DNA of 64,000 nucleotides from an archaeon (GTDB lineage Archaea > Iainarchaeota > Iainarchaeia > Iainarchaeales > 1-14-0-10-31-34): assembly GCA_043819075.1 (NCBI GenBank), contig JBDRFE010000002.1, forward strand, positions 66,253-130,252, read 5' to 3'. Of the stretch, positions 30,892 to 36,927 are shown one piece after another. Within the stretch, counting starts at the first letter, position 1. Each line of letters opens with the position of its first letter. Made by a program: the position numbers and the translations under genes. The notes beneath the pieces were generated by a model, which saw only the letters and a program-made list of their open reading frames with translations, was not told where the DNA came from and ran no database searches.

Positions 30892-31323
30892 TTATTTTTT
30901 AAATGATTTTTCTGCCTGGGTTATCATCTGGCCTAATGCATTAAGGTTTGCATAGCTTGCTCTCTGCACTTTTTCCAGTTGCTCAAGCTTTTCAATTGTT
31001 TCTTTTTCTCTTTGCTCTATTTCTTCTATTGCCGCAGAGGTTTCTTTTTCTATTATCACGCCTCCGGCCCTGCTTGACTTTACTTTAGTGCTTTTGTCAA
31101 CTAATACATCCAGATAAACTCCTGCACCCAGTGAAACCATTGCTTTTTCGCCTTTCTTTGTTTTTTTTATTGCATTAAGGCTTTCTTTTGCAAACAATAT
31201 TTCTTCCAGAATAGCCTGGACTGAATTAATGCCTCTGTTTGTTTCTTCTAATCTCATTTTTTCCTGTGCAAAAGCAGTCATTATCTGGTTTCCGCTTAAT
31301 ACAACTGATTTTTCTTCTGCCAT
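30892..31323 (-). CDS. pfdA: Prefoldin alpha subunit
   Basis: Coiled-coil / beta-hairpin (VSLGAGVYLDVLV) / coiled-coil architecture; conserved position between rplLX and ftsY. Confidence 0.7.
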   Translation of the reverse strand: MAEEKSVVLSGNQIMTAFAQEKMRLEETNRGINSVQAILEEILFAKESLNAIKKTKKGEKAMVSLGAGVYLDVLVDKSTKVKSSRAGGVIIEKETSAAIEEIEQREKETIEKLEQLEKVQRASYANLNALGQMITQAEKSFKK

Positions 31324-31514
31324 TATTTCACCTTCACTTCTTTTACTTCAATTATTTCAATTAAATTTCTTTTAAGCTTGTTTTTTGAGCCGAACAGGCT
31401 GAAAACCTGTTCTATTGCAGTGTTTTCATTCAATGAATTAACTGTTTTAGAAAAGTTTTTTTCCATTTTCTTGCTTTTTATTTTTCCCTGTACTTCAAAT
31501 AATTTTTTTTCCAT
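31323..31514 (-). CDS. 50S ribosomal protein LX (L18Ae/L20A family)
   Basis: [13 protein letters not shown]...[32 protein letters not shown] resembles the LX family; conserved LX-pfdA-ftsY linkage. Confidence 0.55.
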   Translation of the reverse strand: MEKKLFEVQGKIKSKKMEKNFSKTVNSLNENTAIEQVFSLFGSKNKLKRNLIEIIEVKEVKVK

Positions 31515-31519
31515 GTTTA
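31493..31519. repeat. 27-bp direct repeat, copy 1 (cttcaaataattttttttccatgttta); identical copy at 31673-31699
   Basis: Exact 27/27 identity, 180 bp apart, flanking element A; includes the rplLX ATG and first 7 codons. Confidence 0.85.
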
Positions 31520-31672
31520 TTCCCCCTCAACCGTCACGCTCGGTTGGTGTGCGTGCACTATCTTCGCTTTTGCTCGATAGAGCTTGCACGGCTTTACACC
31601 GTGCTGTGCTTTTACAGAAGGACTGAGCGCAAGCGAATGTCGTTCTCTGGTGCCAGCTGACAGTGGCAGCTG
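31520..31672 (-). repeat. GC-rich hairpin element (copy A) inserted between a perfect 27-bp direct repeat that duplicates the rplLX start region
   Basis: 153 nt at ~58% GC in a ~30% GC genome; contains GCACGG-TGTAAAG-CCGTGC and CCAACCG-AGCGTGA-CGGTTGG hairpins shared with copies B, C and D. Confidence 0.6.
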
Positions 31673-31699
31673 CTTCAAATAATTTTTTTTCCATGTTTA
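31673..31699. repeat. 27-bp direct repeat, copy 2
   Basis: See copy 1. Confidence 0.85.
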
Positions 31700-32359
31700 A
31701 TCTCTCCTTAAACCTTCATCTATCATGAGCATTTCAGCGTTTGAAGTGTATTCTCCTATTAATACGCCCTTGGAGTTTGCCAGTATGTCGTTTGCCACAA
31801 AAGGGTCACCGTAATTTGCTGTTGAAGGAGCTCCTTTAACTTTAAATATTGATTCGATTTCCTTTAATTCTTTTTCTTTTATTTCAGGATGCACTATAAA
31901 CCCTTTATTGCTTGCAACAATGCATGATCCAACAACTTCACTGTTGGCTATGTTCATTTGCTTTAAATTTACTCCAAGAAAACGCTTTATTTCGCTGAAA
32001 GTTTTTTTTTCAATTAAAGGGCTTGCAATTCCGCCAAAATCGTTCACTGCAACCAGATTCCCTAAAGCAGTTAATCCTTTTACCACTTTTATTTTTATTC
32101 CTTTTTCCTGAAGGAATTCAATTTCTTTTTCCTCTGTTATTTCCGGAACAATAAATCCTTTGCTGTTTCCTTTGACTAAACAGCCAATCAATGAACTGTT
32201 TGCAATGCTTGCCTGCACTACTTCTATTTCAAAAAATTCCTCTATTTTTTCTATTTCTTTTGCGTCAATCTGTACAGGAAACAATCCGATTTTTTCTGTA
32301 ACGCTTGCAAAAATTCCTATGAAAGGGCTCCCTCTCATGGATTTTTTCTGTATATTCAT
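31697..32359 (-). CDS. eif6: Translation initiation factor 6 (aIF6/eIF6)
   Basis: Five-fold pseudo-repeat with recurring IG...N..G..VP units (GSPFIGIFASV, SSLIGCLV, LTALGNLVAVND, SEVVGSCIVASNKG, DPFVANDILANSKG). Confidence 0.85.
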   Translation of the reverse strand: MNIQKKSMRGSPFIGIFASVTEKIGLFPVQIDAKEIEKIEEFFEIEVVQASIANSSLIGCLVKGNSKGFIVPEITEEKEIEFLQEKGIKIKVVKGLTALGNLVAVNDFGGIASPLIEKKTFSEIKRFLGVNLKQMNIANSEVVGSCIVASNKGFIVHPEIKEKELKEIESIFKVKGAPSTANYGDPFVANDILANSKGVLIGEYTSNAEMLMIDEGLRRD

Positions 32360-32365
32360 TTTATT

Positions 32366-32806
32366 TTACTCTTTTTGCTTTCTTTTGAATTCAGCTTTTT
32401 CTGCGTTCAGTTCCTTCTGCCTTTTTTCTTCAAGCTTTCTTATTTTCTCTTTCTCTTTTTCTGCGTCATCTGCTTTTTCTTCTTTTGTTTCCTCTTTTTT
32501 TGTTTCCTTCTTTTTTTCTTTTGCCTGTTTTTCCATTTCCTTTAATTCTTTTCCGCCTTTGAGGAAAACAAACGTTTTTTCGTTTATTTCTTTTAACTGA
32601 ACTTCAATTTTTCTTGGGATTCCAAACATTCCGTTCTCCCAGACTTTTTCGTTTACTTCTTTTGAAATTGAAAACTGGCTTCCCTCCAGCCTTTTATGTT
32701 TTTTAATGAATTTTCTTATTGCATTTATTGCTGCTTTTGCCCTGCCTCTTTTAGGCTTGCTGAACACGCTTTTCAAAGGAATTGTGTAATCTTCTGCCAT
32801 CTGCAA
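32366..32806 (-). CDS. rpl31e: 50S ribosomal protein L31e with a Lys/Glu-rich C-terminal extension
   Basis: YTIPLKSVFSKPKRGRAKAAINAIRKFIKKH matches the L31e core. Confidence 0.75.
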   Translation of the reverse strand: MQMAEDYTIPLKSVFSKPKRGRAKAAINAIRKFIKKHKRLEGSQFSISKEVNEKVWENGMFGIPRKIEVQLKEINEKTFVFLKGGKELKEMEKQAKEKKKETKKEETKEEKADDAEKEKEKIRKLEEKRQKELNAEKAEFKRKQKE

Positions 32807-33013
32807 TCATTTCTCCTTGTTTTTTGATTTTAAATAAAGTTTTCCAAGGTCAACTTGTTTCCAGTGCCTTTTCTGTTTTTTGTTCCAGACTCTTTCCCCT
32901 TTTTTCTGCACAATCCATACAGGTGCATTGGTTAAGCCAGGCCCGATTTTTTTCCTGGCTGAAATCAGGAAATCTTTTTTTTCTTTTTCCTTGTATCTGG
33001 CCATTTTTTTCAC
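32807..33013 (-). CDS. rpl39e: 50S ribosomal protein L39e
   Basis: APVWIVQKKGERVWNKKQKRHWKQ matches the L39e PVW...RHW signature. Confidence 0.7.
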   Translation of the reverse strand: MKKMARYKEKEKKDFLISARKKIGPGLTNAPVWIVQKKGERVWNKKQKRHWKQVDLGKLYLKSKNKEK

Positions 33014-33036
33014 ACCCTTTTTTTTTGAATAATGTT

Positions 33037-33354
33037 TTATTTTCTTTTAATGCTTATTTCTCTTTTTGCTGACAACTGCTCTAACAGTTTTTTGAGTTCT
33101 TTTTCCTGGACTTTTCCCTGCACTTTTCCTGTCTTATAAAGGTAGATAAGGCTTTGTGCTGCCTTCAAATATAATTCCCTGTTAACCAGCCTTACATTTG
33201 ACAGCCTTGCTCTTGCTTCTTCTGCCAGAACAAGCTTCATTGCAGAGTCAATCTGGTTCTCTAATTCAATCTGCCTTTCCTGCTGTTTTATTTCTTCAGA
33301 ATACCTTTCTTTCAGCTCATTTGCTTTTTTTTCCTTTATCTCTTCTGGGTTCAT
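33037..33354 (-). CDS. PDCD5/TFAR19-like double-stranded DNA-binding protein
   Basis: LAEEARARLSNVRLVNRELYLKAAQSLIYL matches the dsDNA-binding-domain family; conserved position between rps19e and rpl39e; the ORF track extends to 33417, a probable ATG is at 33354. Confidence 0.6.
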   Translation of the reverse strand: MNPEEIKEKKANELKERYSEEIKQQERQIELENQIDSAMKLVLAEEARARLSNVRLVNRELYLKAAQSLIYLYKTGKVQGKVQEKELKKLLEQLSAKREISIKRK

Positions 33355-33874
33355 CTTTTTCTTTCCCTTTTTCTTTCTCTTTTGCCGGTTCCTGTGAAAC
33401 AGCTTTTTCTTTTGCAAGAGTCAAATTTTTTTTCTTTTCTGTTTTTGGATGTTCTCTTAAGTAAGCTAAAACGTTTTTAGAGCTCTTATTAAGCAATACA
33501 ATTCCTTTTGTTGTAACAGTTCTTCCTTTTTTTTCTTTTTTTATTAATCCTTCTTTTTCTAGTGCCTGCAGGCAGTTCCTGATTATTTTTCCGCCTGCTT
33601 TAACATGCTTGTGTGGTTTTACTTTCCTGTTTTTTCTTCCGCCATAATAGCTTCTCAAGGATTCTGTTCCCACTGGCCCGTCAAAGTAAATTTTCCTTAA
33701 AATTGAAGCCATTCTGATGTAATACCAGTCTTCTTGTGATGGGCTTCTTTCCCTGTGGGCGCCTGTCTTAACAAAGTCAACATATTCAGGCTGAACTATG
33801 TTCTTGTTTTGCCTTAATTCTTTGGCTATTTCTTGTATTAATTCTGTTCCTGGCACGTCAAATGCTGTGGTCAT
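33317..33874 (-). CDS. rps19e: 30S ribosomal protein S19e with a Lys-rich C-terminal tail
   Basis: VDFVKTGAHRERSPSQEDWYYIRMASILRKIYFDGPVG is the S19e signature. Confidence 0.85.
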   Translation of the reverse strand: MTTAFDVPGTELIQEIAKELRQNKNIVQPEYVDFVKTGAHRERSPSQEDWYYIRMASILRKIYFDGPVGTESLRSYYGGRKNRKVKPHKHVKAGGKIIRNCLQALEKEGLIKKEKKGRTVTTKGIVLLNKSSKNVLAYLREHPKTEKKKNLTLAKEKAVSQEPAKEKEKGKEKDEPRRDKGKKSK

Positions 33875-33979
33875 TAAAATGCCCTCCTCAATAAAAGCAT
33901 AAAAAGCATTAAAATAGCAAATAATAGAGTTAATTTGCTTTATTCTATTACTATTTTATTTAAAAGAATCTTTTTATAC

Positions 33980-34471
33980 TTATTCCTTGCGTTTTTGGGC
34001 TGTTTTTTCAAGCAGTTTTTTTTCAACTGTTTCTGGCACGAACTCTTTTACCCTGCCTTTCAGTGAAACAATTTCTTTTATAAGAGTGGAGTTAATGTAA
34101 AAGTATTTTGGCTCTGTCATTAAAAAAACTGTTTCAATGTTTTCATTCAAGCCTTTATTGACTGTTGACTGCTGGAATTCGTATTCAAAATCGCTTATTG
34201 CCCTTAACCCTCTGATAACAAACCTGTAATTTTTTTGTTTCATGTACTCTGCAAGCAATCCATGCAATACTTCAATTTTAATGTTCTTTTTTTTGCTGAA
34301 CAGCTCTTCAAGCATTTGCTTTCTTTCTTCTAAAGAAAACCAGTTTTTTTTTCTCTTGTTTTCTGCAACCAATACAATTACTTCATCAAACAGTTTTTCT
34401 GCCCTAGAAATTATGTCCATGTGCCCGAATGTAACTGGGTCAAAGCTTCCTGCATAAATCCCTGTTTTCAT
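33980..34471 (-). CDS. coaD: Phosphopantetheine adenylyltransferase, bacterial CoaD type
   Basis: GIYAGSFDPVTFGHMDIISRA closely matches bacterial CoaD ([20 protein letters not shown]). Confidence 0.85.
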   Translation of the reverse strand: MKTGIYAGSFDPVTFGHMDIISRAEKLFDEVIVLVAENKRKKNWFSLEERKQMLEELFSKKKNIKIEVLHGLLAEYMKQKNYRFVIRGLRAISDFEYEFQQSTVNKGLNENIETVFLMTEPKYFYINSTLIKEIVSLKGRVKEFVPETVEKKLLEKTAQKRKE

Positions 34472-35355
34472 TTAATTTCGCCTTTAATTTTATTGCTTAA
34501 ATCATTAATTTTTTCCTGCAATTCCTTTAAAGTTCCATTGTTTTCAACCAAAAAATCGGCTTTCTTTTTTTTCCTTCCTGCAGGCAGCTGGTTTTTTAAT
34601 CTCTTTAAAACCTCTTCTTTTTGCATTCCAAGCTTTTCTTTTCTTTCAATCATTTTATCTTTTTTTGAATAAATCACTAAGATCTTGTCGCATAAATCCT
34701 GCATTCCTGATTCAAACAATAAAGGAATTTCTATTGCAACAAGTTTTTCTCCTCTGGCTTCTTCTTCAAGTTTTTTTCTCACTAAAGGATGAATTAACTC
34801 ATTTAATTCAGCTAATTTTTTCCTGTTATTAAAAACAATTTTTGCGATTTTCTGGAATTCAATTCCATGTTTTGAAACAGCTTCTATTCCAATTATTTCT
34901 TTTAACTCTTCTTTTACTTTCAGCATTTCTTTTTTGGCTATTGTATCTGCATTCAATGCTTTGAAGCCGTTTGATTCAAATTCTTTTAATACAGTGCTTT
35001 TTCCTGTTCCAATGCTTCCAGTAATGCCTAACACAATGCATTCCTTTTTTTTCTCCGGAAAAACTTTTTTTATTTTCCCGCAGTTTTTGCATTTAACCAG
35101 CAAAACCTTGTTTTTTATTCTCACTTCTTTGTCTTTGCTTTCAAGCAATAAAGAAAAACATTTTTTGCAGTAAAGTTTTTTCAGTTCTTTTGGAATTTTT
35201 ACTTTATTCCTCATCCCGATTTTTTTCATTAACTTTAAGTAATCCAAACTTCTTTCAGGATGTTTTTCCCATTCAATTAAAGCAAGGTCCATTAGCCTGT
35301 ACATTCTCTGCAATGCAATGTCTTCAATGAACTTCCTGTTATTTTTTTGCTTCAT
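34468..35355 (-). CDS. Fusion protein: N-terminal RNase P subunit Rpp21/Rpr2 zinc-ribbon domain plus C-terminal dephospho-CoA kinase (bacterial CoaE type)
   Basis: Residues ~1-105: KVKIPKELKKLYCKKCFSLLL...VKCKNCGKI aligns with archaeal Rpp21 ([23 protein letters not shown]...CLECGH); residues ~110-295: VLGITGSIGTGKSTV P-loop and CoaE-like lid; a single uninterrupted 295-aa frame. Confidence 0.7.
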   Translation of the reverse strand: MKQKNNRKFIEDIALQRMYRLMDLALIEWEKHPERSLDYLKLMKKIGMRNKVKIPKELKKLYCKKCFSLLLESKDKEVRIKNKVLLVKCKNCGKIKKVFPEKKKECIVLGITGSIGTGKSTVLKEFESNGFKALNADTIAKKEMLKVKEELKEIIGIEAVSKHGIEFQKIAKIVFNNRKKLAELNELIHPLVRKKLEEEARGEKLVAIEIPLLFESGMQDLCDKILVIYSKKDKMIERKEKLGMQKEEVLKRLKNQLPAGRKKKKADFLVENNGTLKELQEKINDLSNKIKGEIK

Positions 35356-35444
35356 AAAAGAATTAGTGGTTTAATTACTATAAATTAATAACCTATGCAA
35401 AGCATAGGTTGACATTTTTCGGCACTCACGCTCGAAAGCGTGAA

Positions 35445-35515
35445 TGCGCCCACCGGGAATCGAACCCGGACATTGAGCTTGGAAGGCTCACGTCATACCA
35501 CTAGACTATGGACGC
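35445..35515 (-). tRNA. tRNA-Gly (anticodon TCC)
   Basis: GCGTCCATAGTCTAGTGGTATGACGTGAGCCTTCCAAGCTCAATGTCCGGGTTCGATTCCCGGTGGGCGCA: 7-bp acceptor stem, TTCGATT T-loop, anticodon loop CTTCCAA. Confidence 0.9.
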
Positions 35516-35650
35516 AAACGTTTCGCCGTTTGAGCACGAAGCACTATCTTCGCTTTTGGCTCGATAGAGCTTGCACGGCTTTATGCCGTGCTTCGTACCG
35601 CACAGCCGAAACTGTGCCGAGCTTGCTTCGCCAATTGTGCAGACTAATTA
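35516..35650 (-). repeat. GC-rich hairpin element (copy B), immediately 5' of tRNA-Gly(TCC)
   Basis: ~50 nt nearly identical to copy A (AGCACGGCATAAAGCCGTGCAAGCTCTATCGAGCCAAAAGCGAAGATAGTGC); ~58% GC. Confidence 0.6.
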
Positions 35651-35779
35651 CTGTAATAAAAAGTTATTAAACTTTATTTTTTTTGTTTAACACAGAAATA
35701 CTGTTTTAGTCAGCACAAATTAATAACCAATTACAAAGTAATTGGTTGATGTTTTTCGTTTCTCGCGGGCGAAACCGCG

Positions 35780-35925
35780 ATGCGAAGCACATACGGCTTT
35801 ATGCCGCAGCCGTCACGTTCGGCTGGTGTACGCGTACCACGTAAAGTGGTGCTAGCACGGCTTTATGCCGTGCGCCGTCACACTCGCACGGAAGCGAGTC
35901 GGTGCTCGCGCTCGAAGCGCGACGA
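35780..35925 (-). repeat. GC-rich hairpin element (copy C), immediately 3' of tRNA-Gly(GCC)
   Basis: ~95% identical over ~150 nt to the element 3' of tRNA-Arg (copy D), apart from a 56-nt indel. Confidence 0.65.
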
Positions 35926-36145
35926 TGCGACTGCCGGGAATCGAACCCGAGTCCGAAGCTTACTGCACAACTTTTTTAAAAGTTGTATCAAAATGTACGG
36001 CATAAAGCCGTACTGTACTAAAACAATAAGTTTTTGCAAAGCAAAAACCGTTTTTGTTAAACCTTTTTTTGAAAAAGGTTTTTTTGATCAAACTTTTGGA
36101 AAAGTTTGTTGGCAAGCTCCAATTCTACCACTGAACCACAGTCGC
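35926..36145 (-). tRNA. tRNA-Gly (anticodon GCC) interrupted by a ~149-nt intron in the anticodon loop (canonical 37/38 region; intron about 35961-36109)
   Basis: 5' exon GCGACTGTGGTTCAGTGGTAGAATTGGAGCTTGCCA, 3' exon AGCTTCGGACTCGGGTTCGATTCCCGGCAGTCGCA: perfect 7-bp acceptor pairing, GTTC/GAAT D-stem, GGAGC/GCTTC anticodon stem; the intron is AT-rich with palindromic hairpins including GTACGGCATAAAGCCGTAC. Confidence 0.8.
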
Positions 36146-36336
36146 GTAAATAATGATTGAATAGAAATAGTTTTTAAAACTGGGGTTTTTCATCAAATTT
36201 AACCCATTTGTTTTTGCTTGGCTCTAAAGAGATTTTAGAGCATGAAGGGCACTGCCATACTTCAACTTCTTCTTCCCCTCTATGCTCTGTTCTCTGAAGC
36301 AACATTATTGAGCCGCATCTAAGGCATTTCATGCAA

Positions 36337-36594
36337 TCAACTGTTTTTCTGGCATGTCTGCCCTATCTGGCATTTTTCGTGGCATTCAATCCAGTCGCAG
36401 TCTAATTCTCCTGCCTGAATTTGCTGGTCGCAGTTGTTTGCGCATTGCTTTGATATTGCTTTTTGCTTTTGCTGTTCGTCTAAAACTGCTTTTCCTGTTG
36501 TCTGTGCATTGTTTACGCTCCAAAAAACAGCTATGATTAAAACAAAAAACACTACTCCTGCAAAAATCACTGCTCTATACATATTATTCACCAT
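36337..36594 (-). CDS. Small membrane-anchored Cys-rich protein (hypothetical)
   Basis: N-terminal TM helix, 6 Cys in the C-terminal 40 aa (CANNCDQQ...CDWIECHEKCQIGQTC). Confidence 0.35.
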   Translation of the reverse strand: MVNNMYRAVIFAGVVFFVLIIAVFWSVNNAQTTGKAVLDEQQKQKAISKQCANNCDQQIQAGELDCDWIECHEKCQIGQTCQKNS

Positions 36595-36733
36595 TAAACC
36601 CTCCTAAAAGAAAGTAAATAAATAATATTATTCAATGTATTTAATGCTTTTGTTCTGCCTTTTTGAGAAAAAGGCAAGTTGCCAAAAACCATTTTTGCCT
36701 GCGGCAAAAATCAGTTTTACAAAAATTATTTAA

Positions 36734-36805
36734 TTGGGCTCGGGCGGAATCGAACCGCCAGTCTCGACCGTGTAAGGGTCGCATCATACCACTAGACCAC
36801 GAGCC
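36734..36805 (-). tRNA. tRNA-Val (anticodon TAC)
   Basis: GGGCTCGTGGTCTAGTGGTATGATGCGACCCTTACACGGTCGAGACTGGCGGTTCGATTCCGCCCGAGCCCA: perfect acceptor stem, anticodon loop CTTACAC. Confidence 0.85.
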
Positions 36806-36927
36806 CCGCCTTTTCCAAAAGGCAGGTTGCAACTTAATTCCAAAAAGGAATTAAGTGCACACTAAAACCAAAAGTTTTAGTGGTGCCAAAACGCACGGCG
36901 TAAACCCGTGCTGGCACTGTTTTTTAT

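Noticed and set aside
31540-31672. Element A as a hammerhead or other small self-cleaving ribozyme (contains CTGAGCG...GCGAA)
   Set aside because: The hammerhead core requires CUGAUGA...GAAA with specific helix geometry. The sequence here does not satisfy it.
35440-36160. ORF-track CDS calls 35440-35670 (+), 35780-36160 (+), 36641-36832 (-), 36663-36854 (+), 57552-57755 (-), 57572-57757 (+)
   Set aside because: They overlap tRNA genes and GC-rich structured elements. High GC removes stop codons and creates chance ORFs. Their translations are Arg/Ala/Ser-rich with no motifs.
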